Shown here: positions 1-12,150 of the stretch, piece after piece
Layout: every line of letters begins with the position of its first letter
Numbering within the stretch: position 1 is the first letter of the stretch
Source of the DNA: Octopus sinensis
Taxonomy: Eukaryota
Length of the DNA stretch: 64,000 bases
NCBI RefSeq assembly: GCF_006345805.1
Contig: NC_043000.1
Coordinates: forward strand, 64,604,001 to 64,668,000
Direction: 5' to 3'
Notes under the pieces: model-generated
The model's database searches: none
Told to the model about the DNA's origin: nothing
What the model saw: only the letters and a program-made list of their open reading frames with translations
Position numbers and translations under genes: made by a program

Positions 1-89
1 AAATATATAAACTGGCTGCATAAAAAATTAAATCTTATATTTTGGCAGACTCAGTTATTTTGCCAGCATGTAGAAAGATTAAGATAATG

Positions 90-305
90 ATTTCAAATGT
101 TGACTCAAGGCCAGCAATTTTGAGGGAAGTGGGTAAGTCAATTACTTCAACTCCAGTACTTGACTGGTGCCTAGTTTATTGACTCCCCCCACCACCACCG
201 TGTGAAAAGGATGAAAGACACAGTCAAACTTGTTGAAATTTGACCTAAGAACATAAAGAGCAGAAAGAAAAGCATTTTATCCAACATGCTAATAAATCTG
301 AGATC
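90..305 (-). mobile_element. SINE family B (tRNA-derived), decayed
   Basis: Reverse complement matches the family-B body (TTTCATCCTTT...GGGGTCGAT...AAGTACCAGT) seen at 36415-36630. Confidence 0.6.
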
Positions 306-436
306 TCAATGTTATTGCCAAGATATGTAAAAGAAGCGATTATATTATGACATAATCCATGAATAACTGATCCTTGGGATCAGCTGGAGATACAGTAGAC
401 TGACAGTCATCAGGTTCTGTTTTGAACCTTGGTGGT

Positions 437-745
437 CATCATCATCATCATCATCGACATTTAATGTCCATTTTCCATGCTGGCATATGTTGGATGGCTT
501 GACAGGAACTGGCAAGGCCAAGAGCTACACCAGGTTCCATAGTCTGTTTTAGCTTGGTTTCTACAGTTGGATGCCCTTCCTTATGCCAACCACTTTACAG
601 AGTTCATTGGATGCTTTTTATGTGGCACCATCACCAGGGTTTTTTATGTGGTACCATCATTAGTGCTTTTTACGTGGCACCAGCACCAGTGCTTTGTACA
701 TGGCACAAGCACATCAATACTTGTCTCTCTTGTGGGTTCTTGCAC
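437..745 (-). mobile_element. 3' UTR fragment of RTE-type LINE
   Basis: (CAT)n tail plus CCATGCTGGCAT..GTTGGA and GGATGCCCTTCC motifs shared with the LINE 3' UTR at 21058-22192. Confidence 0.75.
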
Positions 746-967
746 CCACAAGAGTAAACAAGAGAGACAGCAACAGGCAGAAATAAGGAAAATGCCCTTT
801 GTATTTGAATCCTATACAAATATTATTTTTAAAAACTTTTCTTTTAATTTGTCCAAAATTTAATTGTTTTCCATACTTACAGTTGAAAAAGTCTCAATGA
901 CTGAAACTAGTACTGACATGTTTTTTATAAAATTATTTTAGCATTTTCTACCTTGACTTTTTTTTCC

Positions 968-1003
<36 letters not shown>

Positions 1004-1030
1004 ATTGTGAGTATGTATCTATATATATGT

Positions 1031-1252
1031 GTGTGTGTGTCTTTGTGGGTGTTTCCCCCATCACCACTTGACAACTGGTATTGGTGTGTTTATGTCCTCA
1101 TAACTTAGTTGTTCAGTAAAAGTGACCATTAGAATAAGTACTAACCTTAAGAAATAAGTCCTGGGGTCGATTTGTTCAACTAAAGCCCTTCAAGGTGGTG
1201 CTCCAGCATGGCTGCAGTCAAATGACTGAAACAAGTAAAAGAATAAAAGAAT
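1031..1252 (+). mobile_element. SINE family A, 3' half
   Basis: GATAGAATAAGTAC...GGTGCTCCAGCATGGCTGCAGTCAAATGACTGAAACAAGTAAAAGAA tail. Confidence 0.8.
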
Positions 1253-1389
1253 GTTCCAGCATTGAAAAAAAAAAACTCATTAACAGCCTTCAAGTCCATG
1301 TTTCACACAAGCATGACTAATAAAACATGACAAACAATAGTTTTCTATAATTTTCTCTAAATTTCCCAACTTTAAAACACGTTTTTTTG

Positions 1390-1660
1390 TTATGTATTTG
1401 TTTTACAAGATTCTTGATGTGAATTCATGTGTTGAAACAGATATTGTTATACTTAGGGATGGTCGTATTATGTCAATTAAACACATGTACAGTATATTTG
1501 GTCTTCACTTCAGCTTCATTATTATTATTCTAGCTTCTTTGTCAGAAAGCTCTTTCGTCACACACCTTGTGACCTCATCAGTGACTCTCTATCCCATGTG
1601 TCTACTCTTGTTCTACATATTCTATTTGCTTTTGCACTTTCCATGTTGCACAGAAAAATG
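1390..1660 (-). mobile_element. Penelope-like/retrozyme-type short repeat (family 1) carrying a hammerhead
   Basis: Flank homologous to 35780-35900 and 43204-43330; contains hammerhead at 1541-1585. Confidence 0.55.
1541..1585 (-). ncRNA. Minimal type I hammerhead ribozyme (intact core)
   Basis: Minus strand: GUCA-CUGAUGA-G-GUCAC[AAGGUGU]GUGAC-GAA-AGAGCUUU-C-UGAC; stems I and II pair, near-palindromic stem III, UUC cleavage triplet. Confidence 0.8.
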
Positions 1661-1740
1661 AAATATAATAGAAATCATGTCCAGTAAGTTCACTACAGGG
1701 AAAGTTCACCGTCACTAATTCACCGTTTCTTTTTTAAACT

Positions 1741-2126
1741 CTTTTACTTGTTTCAGTCATTTGACTGTGGCCATGCTGGAGCACTGCCTTTTGTCGAGCA
1801 AATTGACCCCAGGACTTATTCTTTGTAAGCCTAGTACTTATTCTATCGGTCTCTTTTGCAGAACCACTAAGTTACGGCAATGTAAACACATCAGCATCAG
1901 TTGTCAAGCGATGTTGGGGGACAAACATAGACACACACACATATATATATACATATATACGCTGGGCTTCTTCCAGTTTCCGTCTACCAAATCCATTCTT
2001 CACAAGGCATTAGTCGACCCGAGGCTATAGTAGAAGACACTTGCCCAAAGTGCCACGCAGTGGGACTGAACCCGGAACCATGTGGTTGGTAAACAAGCTA
2101 CTTACCACACAGCCACTCCTATGCCT
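1741..2126 (-). mobile_element. SINE family A, full length (tRNA head, CORE-like segment, (TA/TG)n middle, AAAAGAG tail)
   Basis: Minus strand: A box TGGCTGTGTGGT, B box GGTTCAGTCCC, then ACTTTGGGCAAGTGTCTT; resembles described octopus tRNA-SINEs (OK/OR1/OR2), exact family not verified. Confidence 0.9.
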
Positions 2127-2637
2127 ATAGTCTTTATTAATGGTGAGATACTATGGATATATTTTCTTGGTGATAGTGGTGAACTTTCTACACAGTAAAT
2201 TGAAGGCGGTGGACTTATGTGTTATCAATAGAAATATGTTCACTGACATATTTCTATTGTATTACATTTCATAAGCATGTAGTAATATAATTTCACCAGA
2301 TATTGGTAACTATAATAGTTGGTAGTACAAAATACATTCTAGTTGAAACTATATAAAAAAACTTCTCTCTCACTCACCTATGTTCCACATTCTTAACTGA
2401 ACAAGCTACAGGGAAAGTTCACAAGCAAGAGATTAATTACTTAGTTTTGATTCTTAGATGATACAAATTTATGTATTTTGTGTTGCATATTCTCTTTGTG
2501 AACAGAATGAACATCAATAATGTTCTTATTGTTTGTGGTGGGCTGATGATTAATGCTACCAGATATTGTATAACAACGAGAATGTCATAAGAGAGACAAC
2601 CTCTCTTACCCACTCAGAGCATACATTGTTCAGTTTC

Positions 2638-2683
2638 TGTGACTGAAGAGGAGCTAACCATTCTGAAATGCTTGCATCTCACA
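2638..2683 (+). ncRNA. Minimal type I hammerhead ribozyme
   Basis: UGUGA-CUGAAGA-GGAG[CUAACCA]UUCU-GAA-AUGC[UU]GCAU-C-UCACA; all three stems pair, AUC cleavage triplet. Confidence 0.75.
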
Positions 2684-2725
2684 ATCTGGGTAGGTGGCAC
2701 TGCAAGCTGATTTTGGTGTACTTAC

Positions 2726-2753
2726 CCCATTCGCCTACCACAAGAAATTTTCT
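2726..2753 (-). CDS. Candidate 28-nt micro-exon (RKFLVVGEW)
   Basis: gttttgttacag|AGAAAATTTCTTGTGGTAGGCGAATGGG|gtaagt; no homology identified. Confidence 0.3.
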
Positions 2754-3879
2754 CTGTAACAAAACACAGTGAATAGCTTCTTAACTGGTCCGAATATGCC
2801 CCAAGCATATTTGAACTGGTAATAACCTTGTATTTATTACAATGTTCTATTTCCCTCTTTCCAAGTTTGAATTTTGATCCAGGCTTACATATGGAATGTG
2901 AGTCACAAATTTTATTTCAGGTCTCTTGTATGTCATGAAATAAAAACAGATTGAGAGTCATTGTTGTAAGAATTAGAATATATTTTATACACCCTATTAT
3001 TATAATTTCCAATATCTGGAGAAATTATATTACTATGTACTTATGAAATGTGAACATATTTCTATTATATTTCATTTTTTTTTTGTAACTGGTTTCTTCT
3101 TTTGTTTAATTCACAGCTCATCCAGCATGAAACATGTTGAATAGAGTTGTGCTATAAACTTAATATCAATACCATGACATACTAAAAGCAAAATATTTCT
3201 AACAAAAAAGACATTTAAAAAAAATATTTTGCTTAGTAATCACTGGTAAAAAAAAAGGTTAAACTTAGTAGCTTTAGTAATTTCTTAAATATCAGAGCAA
3301 ACACCCACACAATCTGTAAATACATGCAACTAAAAAGAGCGGTACCTAACTTGATGTTGGTTGAATATGTAGGATAAAGGGAATGATGGATGGTAGTGAA
3401 GTCCACCATTCCTGATTCTACAACAATATTAATGGATACAATCATCTTACATGAAAAACCACTTTCTGCTATATTCTCCCAACAGTTGAGGATCATTTTC
3501 TGATTGTTATTTTTAAGCTGCCGTTACAGATATCAATCAATGCATGGGTAATATATTGATTCTTTTTCTGAACACAAATCTTGTATTTGTAAAGGAAAAG
3601 GAATGCAATTTTGTAACGCTGAAGCTTTTCTCAGTTGAATGCTAGACTAAATATATGATAGTATTCAGAGTTCTTTATTCATTTTAAAGCCAAAGTCAAC
3701 TTTTCATTTCGTCCTTCAAGACAGACACAATAAAGTACCAATCAAGTACTCATTGTCATCATCATCATCATTAACATTGTCCTCATCATCATCATCAGCA
3801 GCAGCATCACCTCCACCACTACCATCACTGCCAAAACTGCTGCTGCTGTGACCACCATGACCACCACGATGACCACTAC

Positions 3880-4095
3880 CATCATCATTAATTAATGCCT
3901 GCTTTCCATGCCAGCATGGGATAGACAGCTTAACATAAGCTGATGTGCCATATAAATGCACCAAGCTCTACTTCTGCTTTGGCATGGCTAGGAAGTGTCA
4001 AATGCCCTTCATAACACCAACTACTTTAGAGAATGTACTAGGTGCTTTTTAAGTGGAATTATCAGCAAAGAGGTCACCAAGTAACTTGCAAGACA
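3880..4095 (-). mobile_element. 3' UTR fragment of RTE-type LINE, decayed
   Basis: CTTTCCATGCCAGCATGGG motif following (CAT/CAC)n tract. Confidence 0.6.
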
Positions 4096-4188
4096 AGACC
4101 CCTGCCTCAACTGAGTGGGTGAGTGGTACCAAGGGAGACAACTTTGTGCCAGGTGAGAGAGGTTTAGGTAAAAAAGGTAGAGGTTACC

Positions 4189-4430
4189 TTCTCGAGTTGT
4201 ACTGACTCATAAGGACTGGTTTTCCAGTTTCCATGGCATATAAATTCCTCACCTGGATGGGATGCCAGTCTGTTACAGGATTACTCATTTTTGCCAGCTG
4301 AGTGGACTGGAGCAACATGAAATGAAGTGTTTTGCTTAAGAACACAATGCATTGCCAGGTCCATGAATTGAAACCACAATCTTATGATCCTGAGTCCAAC
4401 ACCCTAACCACTAAGCCATGTACCTCCACA
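4189..4430 (-). mobile_element. SINE family D (tRNA-derived)
   Basis: Minus strand: TGGCTTAGTGGTTAGGG A box, GTTTCAATTC B-box-like, TGTGTTCTTAAGCAAAACACTTCATTT core, GACTGGCATCCCATCCAGG. Confidence 0.7.
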
Positions 4431-4636
4431 GGAGAGGTTTGAGTATAATAGACAAATAGAGACAGGTATCTTGCAGGAAAGACTAGAGTTGATTTAATAA
4501 AATATACCCTCCAACGAAATATGTAACCTAGTGTTAGATATCAATATATATAGTATTTGTAAATTTTGCAGGAGTACGGGGTGAACTCCTGAAAACTTCA
4601 GACCATAATATAGGTACAATAATTTTGGGGAAAGCC

Positions 4637-5335
4637 ATCATTATCATCATCAACATTTATTTCCGTTTTCCATGCTGGCATGGGTTGGACAGCTTGACAA
4701 GAAATGGCAAGGCCAGGATTCACACCAGGTTCCTTTTTTTTTTGCTGATTTCAACAGCTGAATGTCCTTCCTAATGCCAATCACTTTACAGAGTGTACTG
4801 GGTGCTTTTATGTGGCACCATCACCAGTACTTCTTACATGGCACTAGCATGGGTGCTTTTTACATGGCACCATCGCAGATTCTTTTTATGTGGCACCAGC
4901 ACCCATACTGATTCCTTTCATATGGCACTATCGTCTTAGGATCCCAATTTTGTTGTGGTGGGTGGGTCTTCTTGAATACAGCAATTCACCACATATCTCA
5001 ATCCTCTGTCATCTCCTTCATAAAGCTCAGTGTTTTGAGATTGGCCTTCAATACTTTGTCCCATGTCTTCCTGGATCTCTCTCATCTGAAGTGATTGACA
5101 CTTCTTTAAGCATCTGTCCTCATTCATCCTCATCACATAATCAAACCAGCACAGTCTCCTCTCTTGCACACTGCATACAATTCCTCTTATGTCCAACTTC
5201 TCTCTCAATACTACACCTGCACACTGACATTGCACATCCAGCAGAGCATACCAGCTTTGTTACTCTCCAGCCTTTGCATGTCCTCTGCATTCAGGGCCTA
5301 CGTCTTACTACCATGGATACTATAATGCCTGAAGC
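4637..5335 (-). mobile_element. 5'-truncated RTE-type LINE (ORF2 C-terminus + 3' UTR), decayed
   Basis: ORF 4936-5235 VQERRLCWFDYVMRMNEDRCLKKCQSL matches the C-terminal motif of the 22-24 kb LINE. Confidence 0.8.
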
Positions 5336-6453
5336 TTCCCCTACCCTATACTGAAGATATTTGAGCCTAGTTAAGACTTTTTAGAAACTTACTCTTCACT
5401 CAGCTATATTCCACATTCCCAACTGAACAAGTTTGTGGCATGAAGCAAGAGGTAACCCCACTGGCAAATCAAGGTTACAATTGACTAAGTTTTGATTCTT
5501 AGATGATATAGCTTTATGTATTTCATGTTGCATACACTCTTTGTGAACAGAATGAACATTACAATGTTCTATTTCCCACTTTCCCTAGCATATAGAGCTT
5601 TTGTGCTTTGTGAAAAGAAACTAACAGTTACAATTGTACTAATTCACACAATAGTTGTGGTGGGTAGGAAGAGGTTGAGGAAGAGTAGAAGTTGACTTTA
5701 TGGACTGCTTGAGTAAATTGTTGAGCTGAAATAAAAACATTTACTGATTCATAATAATCACAACACCAAAGTTCTATTAGGTTAAAAAAACAAGAAAAAA
5801 GAAAAATATAAAAAGAAGAAGAATTAAAAAGAGAATATAAAACCACCTGACACCGTTAGAAATACAATTTGATTTATGGTGACTGTTATTGTAAGAGAGA
5901 AACACATTTATTTAATCTGTATGGTTGCATGATGAGAAAACTGAGGTTTATTTCTGATATCAATTATTAATGCATCAAATTGGAGACATTTTTGGTTTCA
6001 CAAGTTATCATCTGAGTTACTATAGCAATTGCCTGACGAAAAAAAAAGAAACAAAGAAAAGAACTGCTGCATAAGTAAGTGATAGACCAAGACAACATGT
6101 TTTATTTCAAGTAGTTGACTCATTTGAATCGTTTGCACCTAGTTTTCATCTTCATTAATGCAACTTGTATTTAATACTATTACTGAGTCATCAATCATTC
6201 CAAGTTTGAATGTCGATCGAGGCTGACTCCATCTCCTACCTTCACCTCACCTTTGTCTGTCTAGCTCTCTGTCTGTCTTTGTCTCTGTCTCTCTCATGAT
6301 AAAGCTTTCTATTTCTTTGTTGATTCATCTTTAAATTGGTTCAATGTCAAAATACGTAATGCAAAAAAAGAAAAAGGTAACTAATAATAATAAAAAAAAC
6401 GAACAGGATTAATATGCTGTTAATTCAGTGCATTTTGACATACATTAACTAAC

Positions 6454-6497
6454 CTCACAATCATCGTTTACATTTGCAACGACCAAAATATTATGAC
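6454..6497 (-). CDS. Candidate 44-nt exon ((G)HNILVVANVNDDCE)
   Basis: attattacctcag|GTCATAAT...GATTGTGAG|gttagt; open frame; phase-compatible with 2726-2753. Confidence 0.35.
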
Positions 6498-7036
6498 CTG
6501 AGGTAATAATTATAAGTGGAAAACTGAACGAACTGGAAACATTGCCCAATCTTAGATGGATTTTCCCCCAACTTCTTCACTCTTTCTCCTCCCTTATATC
6601 CAGTTCATTTATTTCACATTCTCATCCATCTCCCTCTATCAATTTCCACTTGTTTGCTTCCATGCTGACATCATACTCATCATCACCATCATTACCATCA
6701 AGTTGCTGTTGTTGCAATTATTCTCCTCTTCTTCTTTGTTGTCGTCCTCCACTTCCTCCCCCTTCTTGAGGCAATCGCTATTCTGTGCTAGAACTTGTAA
6801 GACATTGATGGTTAGTATAATGTAAAGTAACTTGAAAAAAAAGCAAACAAAAAACATCCATTTATATGTTTTCAATTCTCACCTATTGATTTGTTGACAA
6901 TTTACTCATCAAAGATAAGAAAGAAATTTCCCCAAAAGACGGCTGAGAGTAGCTGTCTTTACATAATTTCTTTGCTAAAGTAAGGGTTAACAGCAGGGCT
7001 CAAATATTCTGCTTTATTACAACAAAACTAATTTAA

Positions 7037-7716
7037 CCCTTTAGGATTCAGATTACTCTGTCACATGTAATGTTTAGTTATTTTTTTATCTTTTACTTGT
7101 TTCACTCAGTAGTCTACGGTCATGCTGGGGCACCATCTTGAAGAATTTTTAGTCGAACGAATCAACCACATTACTTTTTTTTTAAAGCATGGTACCAATT
7201 CTATTGATCTCTTTTGCTGAACTACTAAGTTATGGGGACGTAAACACACCAGCACCAGTTGTCAAGCAGCAGTGGGGGACAGACAGACACACACACACAC
7301 ATACATGTATATAAAAGATATATATATATATATTTGACAGGCTTCTTTTTGTTTCCACCTACCAAATCCACTCACAAAGCTCTGGTTAGTCCAAGGCTAT
7401 AGTAGAAGACCAAGGTGCCACACAGTGGGACTGAACCCAGAACCATATGGTTGGGAAGCAAGCTTCTTACTACACAGCCACATCTGCACTTCCACATAGC
7501 CACTACTGTGCCTTCACACAGCCATTCCTGTGCTTATTTATTTACATTTTTTAAAATCCATTATGTATTATCTTGTAGCTTAGAAATTTCAAAGCTGTGA
7601 GTGCTTATTTTTAGAATGATATTAGAGAACAGGTGTGAGATGCTGAATCTGGCCAGGTTGAACATAAAGCAAATAAAATGTTTGGGCCCGATATGGCTGA
7701 ATTAAATGCTAAAGGG
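7037..7716. mobile_element. piggyBac-type MITE with nested SINE A
   Basis: TTAA|CCCTTTAG ... CTAAAGGG|TTAA termini; SINE A (-) at about 7088-7490 inside. Confidence 0.8.
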
Positions 7717-8074
7717 TTAATACTTGCTTTACCCTTTTCTTCCCTTTTTGCTTCAACTTTACTGTTTCACTTTATAAATATTACGATTAAACAATAGTAT
7801 TTATTGCTTGGTCAGGTGAAGAAAAGACAGTGCTTGTGATATTAGTATTTATTGCTTAGTCAGGTGACGAAAAGATAAAGCTTGTGATACCTTTTAGAGC
7901 ATTCAAGACTTGTGGGAAGAAAGGAGGACTATCTTCTCAGATCAGATATTTGGTCTGGATGCTTGCAAGCAGAATGGACTTTGCTAAAAACAACCAAGAA
8001 TCAAGTGGTGGTGTTAATGAGGTCAACAGATTTTAAGTTTATTGCTTGACAAGACATTTCTTTCTCAGAATTGC

Positions 8075-8830
8075 TTCTCTCTGATGTCACTGAGCTCAAT
8101 GCAGAGCTTTTAGTGTCTTTGCTGAAGCAGTAGAACTGGTTAAATCAGAGTGTGCAAATAACTATTCTGTGGAAGTTTTACCTATGTTTTTCACGATTTT
8201 TCACCTGTCAGGATGGGTTATGTTTCTGCCAAAATGTAACATATCTGTTAGAGACAATTGGAATGGCCTGTCATCCAAACCAAGTCTGCCTTTCCACCAA
8301 CAGCTTATCAAGTAGCCTTAAAGTTGTGCTACTCCATAATGGAAGACAGTATCCATCTCTTCCACAGATTCATTCAGTGTTTATATGGTGCGGGTCGTTA
8401 TGAGCCACCTAATATGACTTTCAGAAGGCTGTAATTTCACTGGTAGTAAACCCAGATGAAAAACATATACAAGTTGCAACTTAAACACGTTTATTGTGGC
8501 CACACATATATGCACAATGGAATGATAAATAGAATGGTTGGTGTGTAAAGGCCATGGTCTTCTGTAATATGCTCCTATCTGCTAGCTGGTGGGTGTTGAG
8601 AGAGGCCAGACCACATCTTTACAGTTCCAGGTCCCAGTGCAGAAAGAGGAAGAGATAAGGTGTCTGAACCTTAATGTTGTGTAACACCCTCTATCTCTGT
8701 ATAGCCAGCTTGTTTACCCGCTGTCAAGGGGGGTAATGCACCAACAAGTGTATTTCAATGAAGAACACAGCAGTGTTAAGAACTTGCTAAAGTCCTTGGT
8801 ATATGATGTGTATGGCTGGGAGGTTTACAG
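8075..8830 (+). pseudogene. Decayed Chapaev3-like (CMC) transposase, interrupted
   Basis: ELLVSLLKQ*NWL...FFTCQDGLCFCQNV...SSSLKVVLLHNGRQYPSLP (8075-8395) resumes as NEEHSSVKNLLKSLVYDVYGWEV (about 8750-8830); family call from motif recall. Confidence 0.6.
8396..8686 (-). mobile_element. Possible solo LTR
   Basis: Minus strand starts TGTTACAC, ends CATAACG (about CATAACA), internal AATAAA; no clear TSD. Confidence 0.3.
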
Positions 8831-8945
8831 AAACTTTAACTGGCCTTCAGAGCAGCTTTTCCAAATTTCACTGTTATCTTTGATTGTCATTATTATTGTA
8901 CTCACTATTATCACTATTATCATTGTTATTGTAATCATTATATAA

Positions 8946-9162
8946 GGAAGTAAGCTGGCAGAATCATTAGTGTGTCAGGCAAAATGCTTAGCAGCATATC
9001 ATCTGTTTTTACATTTTGAGTTCAAATTCCACCGAGGTCAACTTTGCCTCCTGTCCTTTCGAGATCAATAAAATAAGTACCAGTTAAGCACTGGGGTCAG
9101 TGTAATCAACATACCCCTCCCTCGAAATTGCTGGCCTTGTGCCAAAATTAGAAATTATCATT
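8946..9162 (+). mobile_element. SINE family B
   Basis: AGCTGGCAGAATCATTAG A box, GAGTTCAAATTCC B box, GTCAACTTTGCC...AATAAGTACCAG body. Confidence 0.8.
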
Positions 9163-10189
9163 GTAATCAGTCTAATTTTTTTTTATTTGATCTATGCTGT
9201 TATCACTTTCTGTAGTATTATATGGAAATAGTGTATGTGCATATCAGAGGGTGTGCATGTGTGTCAATGTGTCCAAGTGAATCAGTATGTACATATCAAT
9301 GTGTGTAAGTATCAATGTGAGTGTGTGCCAAATATCAGCATAGATGGTGTATGCCAGTGTGTCAATATGTCAGTCATTGTGTGAATGTGTGTGTATTTCA
9401 GTGAACATATGTAACAATGTGTGTGTCTATCATGTGTATGTGTAAGTATGTAGGTATCAGTGTGTATGCGTACCAGTGTGTGAGTGAACCAGTATTTGTG
9501 AGTATGTAAATGTGTGAGTGTGATGGTTATAAATTAACTTCAACTTAGAGAATCACAACTGTCAGACTGTGTAGCACTTTGTATATCTAATTTATTTGTT
9601 TATATTTTTTGGTTTGATAGCACTATCTATATGTCCAGTTTGATTTTCTGATATCATGTATGTTCATGTTTTTCTTTTTTTTTTATTTAACTATGTTTAT
9701 ATTGGGTGTATTTCACTGTACTACTTTTCTGAAGTGGAGTCAGTTCTTCTCTCTTTCAGTTTCTTATGGAAACTGTTTGACTGTAGCCGCCTAACTATAC
9801 AAATATATTAATAGAGCTAAGTGAAAGGATGAGAAGAAAGAGCAAGGTACTTGTTTAAAACATCACATGAGGAGATGCAATCTGCACCTGTGATGCAAGA
9901 CAATTGATTGTGCAGTATCTCACCAGTGAGGTATACATGCAGGATGAAACAATTAAAATGGATTTGAATAAAGAATCTCATGCATTCCATTTTCTATCTC
10001 TGATCTATTTATATACACTCCACAGATACCAAGGAATTCCTGAAATAAATCCAGTAGCATATACATCCCTGCTGATGTTGACATCAAGTAGCCAATAACT
10101 GTGGACATGCTTTACACAGCATACTACGAGGTTTTTATGTGAATATAATTTTAACTTTAACTATATGTGTATGCATATTATATACATAT

Positions 10190-10586
10190 TCTTTTATTTG
10201 TTTCAGTCATTTGACTGCGGCCATGCTGGAGCACCACCTTTAGTCGAGCAAATCGACCCCAGGACTTATTCTTTGTAAGCCTAGTACTTATTCAATTGGT
10301 CTCTCTTGCCAAACCACTAAGTGATGGGGGCGTAAACACACCGGCATCAGTTGTCAAGCGATGTTGGGGGAACAAACAGACACACAAACATATACATACA
10401 CACACACATATATATATATACATACGACAGGCTTCTTTCAGTTTCCGTCAACCAAATTCACTCACAAGGCTTTGGTCGGCCCAAAGCTATAGTAGAAGAC
10501 ACTTGCCCAAGGTGCCATGCAGTGGGACTGAACCTGAACCATGTGGTTGGTAAGCAAGCTACTTACCACACAGCCACTCCTGCGCC
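10190..10586 (-). mobile_element. SINE family A, full length
   Basis: Same head/body/tail as 1741-2126. Confidence 0.9.
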
Positions 10587-10612
10587 CCTATATATATATA
10601 TATATATATATA

Positions 10613-10830
10613 CAAGGGGTTACTGAAAAGTTCCTGGCTTTTAGGGTATCATGAAAGGCCAGGTTGGAGGCCCAACTTCCCAAGTTCTTTTACAGGGTTT
10701 AAAAAAAATTGAAGGACTGCTGCAATAAGTGTGTGAATCTGAGAGGGGAATATATTAAATAAACTCATAATTAATTGATCCTCCTGTATTTTCTCTTACC
10801 CAAAGCCATGAATTTTTCAGTACTCCCTTG
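10613..10830. mobile_element. Mariner-type MITE
   Basis: TA|CAAGGGGTTACTGAAAAGTTC ... AATTTTTCAGTACTCCCTTG|TA; same family at 20897-21045, 25278-25490, 34655-34878. Confidence 0.75.
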
Positions 10831-11720
10831 TACACACACACATGTGCATGCACACACACACACAAACAAACATACATATATATAGTGTAAGCCTGGATTG
10901 GTTATAAACTCTTTTATTCCTAATGCAGCAGTTGACATAAACTATGCTCTCATACTGAAATTTAACCTTTTAGAATTTAAACCGGGCATATCAAGCCTAA
11001 AAATTATACCTGTTTTATGTTCAAACTTGCCGGATCTGGCTTCTCACACTTAATTTACAATGTCATTCAAAAACTAAACAATCAAACAATCGAAATGTCA
11101 TTGCTATGAGATAATGCAGGATTAATTCAAAACAAGGTAAACAAGAGCACTCAGAGTGCAAATCTCCACCAAGGCAACACCAACATCCTCTCAATGATTA
11201 GCTGGAGATGATTTTTAAAATGAGAATATCTGAAATAAACTCTACTGCTTTCACTAAAAATGAACCCAAAAGCTCTCAAAAATTAAGTAAAAAACCAGAA
11301 AAATAATCCAGAATCCTTGCCCAGTACCTTATCGATCCCACTGTAGTCATGAAATGTGAAGGTGGGTGTGCAGGCCATGTTTGTAATGCTGTATGTGTGT
11401 GTGTCTACAGTGGGAACAGGGACAGAATAAGTACCAGGCTTTCAAAAATAAGTATTGAGGTTGATTTGTTTGATTAAACTTCTTCAAGGTGTTGCCTCAG
11501 CATCGCTGTGGTCTACTGACTGAATCAAGTAAAAGACTAAAAGATTAATAGCATTCATTTATGCCTCTTGGCATTGAATTCAGTGTAAAGAGGTATAACT
11601 GAATGCTAATCTGATGAAGTGCCATTCTGGTATAGTCAACCATGCACATTATGTCATCTTTCACATGGAATTACTTATGAACAATGTGACTAGAAATGAA
11701 GTAGTAGGAGTGGATGTGTA

Positions 11721-11890
11721 GGCGTGGGGGTGGCTGTGTGGTAAGTAGCTTGCTTACGAACCACATGGTTCAGGTTCAGTCCCACTGCATGGCACCTTGG
11801 GCAAGTGTCTTCTGCTATCGCCTCGGACCTACCAAAGCCATGTGAGTGGATTTGGTAGACGGAAACTAAAAGAAGCCCGTCGTGTAAATG

Positions 11891-11948
<58 letters not shown>

Positions 11949-12150
11949 AGTGTGTGTGTGTGTTTGTGCATCTGTGTTTGTCCCCCCAACATCGCTGGTG
12001 TGTTTACGTCCCTGTAACTTAGTGGTTCGGCAAAAGAGAGCGATAGAATAAGTATTAGGCTTACAAAGAGTAAGTCCTGGGGTTGATTTGCTCGACTAAA
12101 GGTGGTGCTCCAGCATGGCCACAGTCAAATGACTGATACAAGTAAAAGAG
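11721..12150 (+). mobile_element. SINE family A, full length
   Basis: Head TGGCTGTGTGGTAAG, long (TG)n middle, AAGTAAAAGAG tail. Confidence 0.9.

Noticed and set aside
6886-6977. Minus-strand segment with good acceptor and gtgaga donor
   Set aside because: All three frames contain a stop.
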